Below are positions 11,147-20,000 of a DNA stretch of 20,000 nucleotides, in pieces (positions within the stretch are counted from its first letter, which is position 1; each line of letters starts with the position of its first letter). The position numbers and the translations under genes are program-made. The notes beneath the pieces were generated by a model that saw nothing but the letters and a program-made list of their open reading frames with translations, did no database searches and was not told the origin of the DNA. Origin of the DNA: Chiloscyllium plagiosum (Eukaryota); NCBI RefSeq assembly GCF_004010195.1, contig NW_025215340.1, positions 82,867-102,866 on the forward strand. The letters are read 5' to 3'.

Positions 11147-11567
11147 CCCAGAGGGGAAATTGCAGAGCCGTTGGCAATGATCTTTTCGTCTTCACCGTCA
11201 ACAAGGGTGGTACCAGGGGACTGGAGAGTGGCGAATGTTGTGCCCCTGTTCAAAAAAGGGAATAGGGATAACCCCGGGAATTACAGGCAAGTTAATCTTA
11301 CTTCGGTGGTAGGCAAAGTAATGGAAAGGGTACTGAGGGATAGGATTTATGAGTATCTGGAAAGACACTGCTTGATTAGGGACAGCCAGCACGGATTTGT
11401 GAAGGGTAGGTCTTACCTTACAAGTCTTATTGAATTCTTTGAGGAGGTGACCAAGCATGTGGATGAGGGTAGAGCAGTGGATGTAGTATACATGGATTTT
11501 AGAAAGGCATTTGATAAGGTTCCCCATGGTAGGCTGATGCGGTAAGTCAGGAGGCATGGGATAGAGG
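11147..11567 (+). mobile_element. CR1 LINE ORF2 fragment (N-terminal part of the RT domain)
   Basis: Translation DWRVANVVPLFKKG...PGNYR..LTSVVGK...SQHGFVKGRS.LTSLIEFFEEV...VDVVYMDFRKAFDKVPH is typical CR1 RT. A premature stop occurs at 11543-11545 and the fragment is cut off by the gap. Confidence 0.95.
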
Positions 11568-11779
11568 NNNNNNNNNNNNNNNNNNNNNNNNNNNNNNNNN
11601 NNNNNNNNNNNNNNNNNNNNNNNNNNNNNNNNNNNNNNNNNNNNNNNNNNNNNNNNNNNNNNNNNNNNNNNNNNNNNNNNNNNNNNNNNNNNNNNNNNNN
11701 NNNNNNNNNNNNNNNNNNNNNNNNNNNNNNNNNNNNNNNNNNNNNNNNNNNNNNNNNNNNNNNNNNNNNNNNNNNNNNN
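11568..11779. other. Assembly gap (212 N)
   Basis: Run of N. Confidence 1.
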
Positions 11780-12192
11780 CAATAAGCTTCTATCTGCAAT
11801 TTGAGAGGGAGAGGGTACAGTCGGAAGTGACAGCATTTCTGTTGAATAAAGGGAATTATGGAGCTATGAGGGAGGAGCTGGCCAAAGTTCAATTGTGCAA
11901 TACCTTAGCAGGGATGACCGTGGAGGAACAATGGCGGATATTTCTGTGTATAATGCAGAAGTTGCAGGATCAGTTCATTCCTAAAAGGAAGAAAGATCCC
12001 AGGAGGAGGCATGGGCGGCCGTGGCTGACGAGGGAAGTTAAGAAACATATAAAGTTAAAAGAGAAAAGGGAGAACATAGCAAAGATAATTAGGAAAACTG
12101 AGGACTGGGAAGCTTTTAAAGAGCAACAGAGGATTACTAAGAAGGAAATACGCAGAGGAAAAATGAGATATGAAGGTTAACTGGCCAATAAT
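11780..12192 (+). mobile_element. CR1 ORF2 fragment (end of endonuclease and linker)
   Basis: LNKGNYGAMREELAKV...VEEQW..F...FIPKR...PWLTREVKKHIKLKEK...YEG*LANN matches the CR1 post-endonuclease linker. Confidence 0.85.
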
Positions 12193-12380
12193 GAGTGGTG
12201 GGGGCATGGAATGCGCTGCCTGTGGTAGTGGTAGAGTCAGAATCTTTGGTGACCTTTAAGCGGCAATTGGATAGGTACATGGATGGGTGCTTAAGCTAGG
12301 ACAAATGTTCGGCACAACATCGTGGGCTGAAGGGCCTGTTCTGTGCTGTATTGTTCTATGTTCTATGTCTATGTTCTATT
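12193..12380 (+). mobile_element. CR1 3' end with (TTCTATG)n tail
   Basis: Encodes VVGAWNALP...TFKRQLDRYM, followed by 3' UTR gggctgaagggcctgttctgtgctgta and the tail ttctatgttctatg. Confidence 0.9.
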
Positions 12381-12735
12381 CTCTAACAATGTATTACAGC
12401 TCTTGCTACACTAGTAATAAACCTTAATACTCTACACTCTTACACCTGTGATAAAACTCTGTTACATCAGTGATAAATCCTATCAATCTGCACCCTAACA
12501 CAATTGAATTATGCGATCTTACACCAGTAAAAATCCCTAAAAGTCTATACTTTAAAATGTTAAATACAGCTCTGTTACATGAGCAATAAACCCTGTCAAT
12601 CTACACTCTAACACAGGGTTATAAAGCTCTCCTACACCATCAATCCACACTGTAACACAGTATAATAAAGATGTGTTCCATCAATAATAAACACTACCAA
12701 TCTACACCCAAACATGCTGTAATGAAACTCTGTAC
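12381..12735. repeat. Old degenerate minisatellite, ~6 copies of ~57 bp
   Basis: Recurrent unit resembling ctctgttacaccagtaataaaccctatcaatctacactctaacacagtgtaataaag (e.g. 12457-12516, 12570-12626). Confidence 0.75.
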
Positions 12736-12789
12736 AAACAGGCAGACAACATACAGAACTGCGAATACAAAGATACAGTGTGGTACCAT

Positions 12790-13045
12790 CCTGAACAAGG
12801 AATAGAGGAAGAGATAGAGTGACAACACACTCAAATGGAAATAAAAACAGAGAAACAACAAAATGAACTCAAACAGAGAGAGACAGAGTGAGAATGCACA
12901 GAACGTGGAATAAAGAGAGACAGAGTGGCACCACACAGATTTGGAATAGAGACAGAGAGACAACACACCAAACTGTGTATAGGAGGAGATAAACTGACAG
13001 CACACTGAATTGGGAAAGGTGAGAGAAAAACAAACAACACAGCTC
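12790..13045. repeat. Degenerate purine-rich minisatellite / low-complexity tract
   Basis: Repeated ggaata..gagacagag(t)gacaacacac-like motifs with strong AG/AC strand bias. Confidence 0.6.
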
Positions 13046-13221
13046 AAGCTAAGTTTGTCCTGCTCAGTGGGGAAGCTTGGGCAGTACCTAGGATTAGAAC
13101 ATGCGCAGGTGATTTCCCCTTAAAGTTCTTTTTTTAACTGGAGTAGCAGCTGGGGACACTGTGAAGCATCCTTGAGACTGCGAGACTCTTGGATAGCATA
13201 TAAAGTGAAGTGTTCACTTTG

Positions 13222-14103
13222 GACCCTCTGAGAGAAAAAATGTTCCTAACCTCTGTTTCAAATGAGTGACCCCTTATTTTTAAACTATGTCCCCTAATTC
13301 TAGATTCTCCAAGTCGAGGAAATATTTTTTCCACCTAAACTTGGTCAAGGCTCCTCAGGATCGTATCTGCATCAAATAAGTCATCTGACTCTTTTAAACT
13401 CTACAGGATGCAGGCCTAGCCTGCCTAACCTTTCCTCATAAGACAACCTGCTCATTCCAAGCATTAGTCTCGTAAACCTACAGTGCTTCCAACAAAAATG
13501 TTAGTATGGTGACTGGAACTGTAAACAGCACTTCATATGCGGCCTTACTAACAACCTGCGTGGTTGAAGCATAGCTTCCACACTTTTGCATTCAAGTCCT
13601 CTCACAATAAAACATAACACTCTATGAGCCTTCTTGATTACTTACCATACCGATATATTAGTCTTCTGCCATTTTTGCCATTTTTGCATCTCTGAGCTTT
13701 TCCACATCAGCATTTAAAATCATAGAATCACTATAGTGTGGAAACAGGCCATTAAGCACAACAAGTCCACACCAACCCTCTGTAGAGTATCCCACCCAGA
13801 CCCATTCGCCTACCCTATATTTACACCTGACTAAGGCACCTAAGACTATGGGCAATTTAGCATGGCCAAATCACCTGACCTGCACATCTTTGTATTGTGG
13901 GAGGAAACCGGAGCACCCGGAGGAAACCCATGCAGACACGGGGAGAATGTGCAAATTCCACACAGACAGTCACCAAAAACAGGAATCAAACCCGGGTCTG
14001 TGTTCTAATCAATGAGCTACCATGTCATCCCAAATGTTTCTTTATTATTCTTTCTGCCAAAATGGACCCGTTCCACACTTTTGCACAATATATTCTATTA
14101 TGA
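13222..14103 (-). mobile_element. Decayed CR1 ORF2 C-terminal fragment interrupted by a SINE
   Basis: ORF 13134-13334 reads IFPRLGESRIRGHSLKIRGHSFETEVRNIFSLR, a CR1 C-terminal motif. CR1-like sequence continues on both sides of the SINE at 13718-14031. Confidence 0.75.
13718..14031 (-). mobile_element. HE1-like V-SINE
   Basis: V-domain tgtgggaggaaaccggagcacccggaggaaacccatgcagacacggggagaatgtgcaaa and tail aatcatagaatcactatagtgtggaaacaggcc. Confidence 0.9.
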
Positions 14104-14906
14104 CCATGAACATAGAACAGCACAACACAGTACAGGCCCTTTGGCCTTGTGTCGACCAGTTATCTTAATCTAAAATCAACCTAACCTACACACCCCTCTA
14201 TTTACTGCCATCCATGTGCTTGTCCAGCAATCGCTTAAATGTCCCTAATGACTCCAAAACCACCGCTGGCAGTGCATTCCACACACCTACCACTCTGCGT
14301 AAAGAACCTATCTCTGATACCCCCCTATACTTTCCTCCAATCATCTTAAAATTATGACCCCTCATGACAGCCATTTCTACCCCGGGGAAAGACCTCTGGC
14401 TATCTACTCTATCTATGCCTCGCAATAACTTGTACATCTCTATCAAGTCACCTCTCTTCCTTCTTCTCTCCTGTATGAAAAGCCCTAGCTCACACAACCT
14501 TGCTTCTTAAGACATACCCTCCAATCCAGGAAACATCCTGGTAAGTCTCCGCTGCACCCTCTCTAAAGCATCTACATCCTTCATATAATGAGGTGACCAG
14601 AACTGGGCACAATATTCCAAGTGTGGTCTAACTAGGGTTTTATAGAGCTGCAACAAAACCACACGGCTCTTAAACTCAATACCCCAATTAAAGAAAGCCA
14701 AAACACCATAGACCCTCTTAACAATCCTATCAACTTAGGTGACAACTTTGAGGGATCTATGTACGTGGACCCCAAGATCCTGCTGTTCCTCCACACGGCC
14801 AAGGATCCTATTTTTAACCCTGCATTGACCATTCAAATTCAACCTTCTAAAATGAATCACTTTGCATTTATCCAGATTGAACTCCATCTGCCACCACTCA
14901 GCCCAG
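14104..14906 (-). mobile_element. 5'-truncated CR1 LINE (3' ~800 bp with tail)
   Basis: Frameshifted ORF2 pieces WAEWWQMEFNLDKCKVIHF, LYKTLVRPHLEYCAQFWSPH and RGDLIEMYK...VGVWNALP. The tail reads catagaacag on the plus strand. Confidence 0.95.
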
Positions 14907-14919
14907 AAAGCTGGAGTTT

Positions 14920-15122
14920 GATTATGCATCCACTTCTCTGAGATTTGTGCACTAGCACACCCAGATTTCTCTCCATCCCCGAGCTCTTCAACGTCAGCAT
15001 TTAGATAATAAGTTTCCTTTTATTCTTTCTGTCAAAATGAACCATTTCACACATTGCCACATTACAATCCATTAGCCAGGAGTCCTCTTCACAACTCACT
15101 TTCGTGCCTACCTTCATCAGCA
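14920..15122 (-). mobile_element. Old CR1 fragment
   Basis: Similar to 13687-13720 plus 14032-14103 (gagct...tcagcattta...tattctttctg.caaaatg), i.e. the same ORF2 region. Confidence 0.55.
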
Positions 15123-15124
15123 AA

Positions 15125-15220
15125 TTGACTCTTAACTGTCATCTGTGTAATTAGGGATGGGAATAAATGCTGGTGTAGCCAGTGATGCCCACATCCTGTG
15201 AATGAAAGAATAAAACAAAA
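15125..15220 (+). mobile_element. 3' fragment of a DeuSINE/SacSINE1-like element
   Basis: tgactcttaactgtcatctg...aattagggatgggaataaatgctggtgtagccagtgatgcccacatcctgtgaatgaa resembles the 3' tail of this shark family (from memory) and shares a block with 271-284. Confidence 0.55.
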
Positions 15221-15279
15221 TAAGCTACCAAACGGAAATAAAGGAGCAGAGGAACCTCAGCCTCATCCGATAACTCAAA

Positions 15280-15903
15280 CTCTGGGACTGGTGCTCCTTG
15301 AGAGCAAGAGGCTTAGACAGTGCAGGATTTGTTAGGTGCATCCAAGAGGGTTTCTTGAAACAGCATGTGGATAGTCCAACTAGAGGAAGGCCCATGCTGA
15401 ACATATTATTGACTAATGAGTCTGGCCAGGTGATTAAAATTTCAGTGGGAGAGTATTTTGGCAAGAGTGATCATAACTCCTCAAGTTTTAAGATAGCTAT
15501 AAACAAGGATTCGTTAGGCTCTTGCTGGAAAGTACTAAATTAGTGGAAGGCAAATTTGTCAGTATTAAGCAGGAGCTAGGAGGTGTTCATTGGGAGGAGC
15601 TGTTATTGGAGAAGTCCACATTTGAAATGTGGGAATTGTTTAAATAACTGATGATGGAAGTTCAAGACCGACATGTTCCAGTAAGGAGGAAAGACAAGGA
15701 TTGCAAAGTAAGGGATCTTTGGATAACAACAGAGATTGTGAATTCAGTCAAAAGGGAAAAAAGAAATGTAAGGTTTAGGAAGCTAAAATTGGATAGGGAT
15801 CATCAGGATTATACAGAAAGCTGGAAAGTACTTGAGTAGGGAATTAGGAGATCAAGAAGGGACCATGAAATTACCTTGGCAAGAAGGGTTAAAGAAAATC
15901 CCA
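15280..15903 (+). mobile_element. CR1 ORF2 fragment (APE endonuclease C-terminus and linker), interrupted by the Gypsy LTR
   Basis: FLKQHVDSPTRG...VGEYFGKSDHN (SDH motif), QDRHVPVR...WITTEI. Ends at the KENP codons just before the LTR. Confidence 0.9.
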
Positions 15904-16518
15904 AGTTATAGACCAGGTCAGACCCCCTCAAAACATTTCAAGAAAGTTGCCCCAACCCTAACTTTTATGATTGTTATAAGGAGGTGGAACGTGGATATTG
16001 CAAGAATGATGCAGCTGGTCAAACCATGTAGTTTCAAACAAACAGAGTTTATTTACAAGATTACAGAGTGAAACACAAACGAAAGAGAACAGAATACAGG
16101 AAAACCGAAAACTCAACAGATTATACCAACGGAATGATGCTGTTCCAAATACTAGCAACAATCCCCATAAACACCCTTTTGCACAAAAGGTAAAATAAAA
16201 CAGGAGAGATGTCAGTGGAAAAGGAAGATAACATGGACCTACTTCTTTGCGTCCAACTGCCTGACTGCTCACAGTGAAAGGCCAGACCAAAACCAAACCA
16301 GAGTAAAGCTGAGGTGGGAGAACTGACAATGCCCCTTTCATTGTACAAGTGTTTTGTTTTATACTTAAAAGCCTTTTATCTGAGGCAGTATCCATTAGCT
16401 ATAATCAAATTGGCAGGAAAACCCTTCAACTTAGACTTTTCAGAGTCTGTATCTTTTATGACGCCTATATAAAAAGTAAAGGACACCATAACCTTTTTAA
16501 AGGTGCAGCATCATTACT
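15904..16518 (-). mobile_element. 3' LTR of the Gmr1-like Gypsy element
   Basis: On the minus strand it directly follows a purine tract. It has TATAAAA (16357-16363) then AATAAA (16048-16053), and ends where CR1 sequence begins. Termini read AGTAAT...ATAACT. Confidence 0.75.
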
Positions 16519-16529
16519 TCTCCACCCTT
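16519..16529 (-). other. Polypurine tract (PPT)
   Basis: Minus-strand aagggtggaga immediately upstream of the LTR start. Confidence 0.7.
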
Positions 16530-16700
16530 AAAGAAAGAGAACAATCACTATCCAAAGATGACTTCATTTTAAAACCCCTTAAATTCAAATTGTTAGTACC
16601 CTATAACACACACATATTACATTGACTATAAATGTGCAAACATGCACAATGACATTCTGTTTCAGTGTGTTTCGCTCCAGCTACCGAATGCCTCCATTTC

Positions 16701-17830
16701 TCATTCAAGTCTCAACAATGTGTTGGCAATCACATTCTCTCATCCTGCCACCTGCCATCTTGAATGGCTGTAAAAACAAGCTCCATTGAAACAGTCTGGC
16801 ATTTTTATCCTTAAATTTCTCCACAAACATCAAAGGGTTTTGGTCAGTGTATTGTCTCAGATACGTTACTGGTAACATAAAAATTGAAATGTTGTAACTC
16901 CAATACCAAGCTCAAAGTCTCCTTCTCAATTGTTGAATATTTCTGCTGGTGAATATTCAATCATTTCATCATATTCCTGCATTCACATCATTTGCATTGA
17001 TAGCCACCTTGAAAGGCTTTGCGCAATTAGGTATGGCCAAGATTGGGGCAGTGGTTAACACCGATTTCAGGCTGTGAAATGCCTTCTGACAGTCTGCTGT
17101 CCACTGAAACCTCTTGACTTTCTTTAGCAATTCAGTGAGTGGAGCAACCACACTGCTAAAATTTGGTATGAATTTTCAATAAAATCCACTCAATTCCAGG
17201 AACTGTAGTACTGCTCTTTTTGTCAAAGATATGGGAAGCTCTCCAATTACCATTTGTCCATGTGCAATAACATGGCCCAGGAAGACAACTTAAGTTTTGG
17301 AAAATTCACTTTTAGCTAGGTTTATCATCAAGACTGCCTTCCGAAGTCAAACGAACAACTCTGATAAATATTGCAATGTTCCTTCAATTCGTGGCTTAAA
17401 ATCACCAGGCCATCTCTTTGTATGATACAGTTACAATGACCATATTTGTCAGTATCTGAAATGTGGCAGGTACATTTTTCATACTTTTCATTCGGTGTTA
17501 CTAAAGCCCAAATTGTTTTCTCTCTTTCTGACAAAGTATCCTCTGAGCAAGTCCAACTTGGAAATATAAGCTGCTTGTCCCACCTTCTCAACACTGTCTT
17601 CTAAACATGGAATCGGATATACATCAGTCTTTGTTACTACATTGACTTTGCGATAGTCCACACATAACCATTGGGTACCATCTGGTTTTAGTGCCATTAA
17701 TATGTGTGAGCTCCAATCACTGTAACTCACTTCAATTATGTTGACTTGGAGCATGCATTCAGTCTGCTTTTGAACCTGTGGCAACTTTAGAGGGTTATGC
17801 TTATTAGGATGTTGCTTAATCAGAACAGCA
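16701..17830 (-). pseudogene. Decayed Gypsy pol: RT and RNase H
   Basis: RT: WSSHILMALKPDGTQWLCVDYRKVN..TKTDVYPIP...ISKLDLLRGY, with YxDD decayed (QRDGLVILS). Connection and RNase H: VAPLTELLKK..FQWTADCQKAF...KPFKV, KYSTIEKE, ENVIANTLLRLE*. Many frameshifts. Confidence 0.92.
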
Positions 17831-18350
17831 TTTCCTATAGCCACATCATGCATAATTAGGTTTGTACTTCCCAACTTAATCACACATATCTCCCCATGTG
17901 ATAGTAACAAGTCTTTCAGGTCATTTTGATTTTCCTCCTCAATAATTTATTCCAATTTTTGACAACTTCCTCATTGTCCAATTTAATTTGAGGAATGTCC
18001 AATTCAGAATCCTCTGAACTTGGTTCTTCCCTCGGCATTGTAACCAATAACATAGTCTTCTTTGGCTTTCCTTCCAAGTCAAAGTACCTTTTGAGCATAT
18101 TCAAATGACACTCAGTGAGATTTCTTTCTGTCTGGAGACCTTATCAAATACTTCACTTCACTCAATTTCCTTTTTACTTGAAAAGATCCACTAAACCGTC
18201 CTTTTAAAAGTTCACTGGAAGTAACACTAACACCTTGTTTTCAGGGTTTTTGATTTCTTGTTTGCTTCCTGTTTCATTGTGTGCTGTGATACTTTTAAAT
18301 GCTGTTTACCCAACTCCCCGCTCTATTTAATCTTTCTCTAAAATCATGGA

Positions 18351-18508
18351 GGAGAAAGTGAGGTCTGCAGATGCTGGAGATCAGAGCTGAAAATGTGTTG
18401 CTGGAAAAGCGCAGCAGGTCAGGCAGCATCCAGGGAACAGGAGAATCGACGTTTCGGGCATAAGCCCTTCTTCAGGAAGCGCTTTTCCAGCAACACATTT
18501 TCAGCTCT
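18351..18508. mobile_element. Penelope-like-element-derived short fold-back insertion
   Basis: Flanked by the 15-bp direct repeat ctctaaaatcatgga (18336-18350, 18505-18519). Contains a perfect 30-bp inverted repeat (18383-18412 / 18479-18508) and a hammerhead core typical of PLE termini. Confidence 0.85.
18444..18477 (-). ncRNA. Minimal type I hammerhead ribozyme core (stem I truncated)
   Basis: The minus strand reads UC-CUGAAGA-A-GGGC-UUAU-GCCC-GAAA-C-GUC-GAUU: conserved CUGANGA and GAAA, a 4-bp stem II, a palindromic ACGU mini stem III and a GUC cleavage triplet. Confidence 0.75.
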
Positions 18509-19156
18509 AAAATCATGGACCAAATATGACTTACCAATTTCTCCTTGATCAATGTTCATGTTTCCCTCACTTCATGCCCAAAATCTAATTCAAAAGGACT
18601 GAATTTGGTCCACTGATATGGTGCATCTCTGATTGCAAAAAGTACAAACTGAATTCCTTTATCCCAACCATCTAGATAGTCTTGACTATAAAGCTTGACT
18701 ATGTGGTCTTTAATAACTGATGCCACTTTTCTAATGCTCCCTGCGACTCTGGATGGTACACAGTAGACTTGAATTCTTTTATTCCTAAACTGCCCATAAC
18801 TTCCTTGAATAAGTTTGATGTGAATTTTGACATTTGATCTGACTGTTTCTCTGTGGATGGTCTGTATCTAGTGAAAAATTGAATAACTCTTCTATGATCC
18901 TTTCAGCTGTGCTATTGCATAATGGAACGGCCTCTGCAAATATGGTGGATGCATACATTATTGTTTGACACTTTTTGTTTTATGTAGGCATTGTACACAA
19001 TTAATTAAGGCTCCTCAAATGCAGGAATAGGTACTAAAGGTGCGGGTTTTATTTCTACCTGTGGTTTTCCAATTACTTTGCATGGATGACATGTATGGTA
19101 AAATTGAACTACATCCTGTGCAATCCAGACCAATAAAAATGATCTTGTATATTTTA

Positions 19157-19472
19157 GGGCGGCACGGTGGCACAGTGGTTAGCACTGCTGCTTCGTAGCG
19201 CCAGAGACTCAGATTCAATTCCCGCCTCAGGTGACTGTCTGTGTAGAGTTTGCATATTCTCCCCGTGTCTGCGTGGGTTTCCTCTGGGTGCTCCGGTTTC
19301 CTCCCACAGTCCAAAAATGTGCAGGTTACGTGAATTGGCCATGCTAAATTGTCCATAATGTTAGGTGAAGGGGTAAATGTAAGGGAATGGGTCTGGGTGG
19401 GTTGCGCTTTAGCGGGTCAGTGTGGACTTGTTGGGCCAAAGGGCCTGTTTCCACACTGTAAGTAATCTAATC
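19157..19472 (+). mobile_element. Full-length HE1-like V-SINE inserted in the integrase HHCC region
   Basis: Head gggcggcacggtggcacagtgg, V-domain and tail gtaagtaatctaatc. Imperfect TSD attttag/atctttag. Confidence 0.95.
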
Positions 19473-20000
19473 ATCTTTAGCTTGAGTTTTTCTCACTTCT
19501 AAATGACTCCCTAGAAGTAGCTCATGTGCCACTTGCAACACTTCCCTTCTGTAATCCACTGGCAATACGAGCTGATGAACTTCTGCCCATTTCTGATCTG
19601 CCTGAATATGTGATGGTCTCCATTTCCTCATTAAGACATCATTTTTAAGATATTAACATTCAGAGGTACATTTGGATTTTTGTTTCGTGTATGCCTTTTG
19701 ATACAATTGCTTTAAGTTTTCATCTTTCTGCAGTAACTGAGTTAATTTTTCTGAGCTAAAGCTGTCTGTTGTGTCATTTATCTGCTCTTGGTTTACCTCA
19801 ACCATTTAATCAAACAAGGTCTCTGCTAATTCCACTTCAACTTTCTTATGTGTACTCTTTGAGATCTCTTGTTTCAACTGGTGACTTTGTGACCCTGTTA
19901 CCACATAGTCAGGAAAAATCCCAGGATATCTGCCCTACAATAGTTCAATTACCTCAGTTTCCACTGGCTTTTCAACCACAGTGGGCAGAGCTCCTACCTG

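Larger units (their letters stand above)
18085..19930 (-). pseudogene. Decayed Gypsy integrase (HHCC, core, GPY/F region) upstream of RT
   Basis: Hand translation across frameshifts: PGIFPDYVVTGSQ (~19890-19925); VHQLVLPVDYRREVLQVAHE...SHL; HFYWSGL...TCHPCKVIGKP..PAPLVPIPAFEEP; FAEAVPL; QSDQ..F...YHPESQGALEKWHQ; RFSGSFQV...NMLKRY. Confidence 0.9.

Noticed and set aside
11198..11892. Long minus-strand ORFs
   Set aside because: Artefacts of reading through the N gap and antisense CR1.
12694..13047. Hydrophobic 117-aa ORF
   Set aside because: Product of the TC/TG-rich strand of a low-complexity repeat.
15958..16395. 145-aa ORF as a possible env or accessory gene
   Set aside because: It lies wholly inside the LTR, spanning its TATA and poly(A) signals, and has no recognisable domain.

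Overview
Repeat-dense vertebrate genomic DNA, almost certainly from a cartilaginous fish (shark); this is inferred from HE1/V-SINE-type SINEs, CR1 LINEs and a Penelope-derived fragment. No complete host gene is visible. The one plausible host coding segment is a minus-strand exon encoding a signal-peptide-like sequence (8019-8121), with a TATA/GATA/ETS motif cluster upstream. Main structures: (1) a solo-LTR-like element (941-6400, TG...CA, GATTA TSD) inserted in a SINE tail, built from two diverged partial LTR copies separated by about 80 nearly identical 56-bp units copied from the LTR itself; (2) a decayed minus-strand Gypsy/Ty3 element (15904-20000) with the unusual Gmr1-type order INT-RT-RNaseH; (3) a ~155-bp Penelope-derived fold-back insert inside that element, carrying a minimal hammerhead ribozyme core; (4) six HE1-like SINEs, several CR1 fragments, a second solo LTR, two old minisatellites and a 212-bp N gap. 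Most ORFs in the supplied track are TE fragments or spurious. All family assignments come from motif recognition, not database searches.
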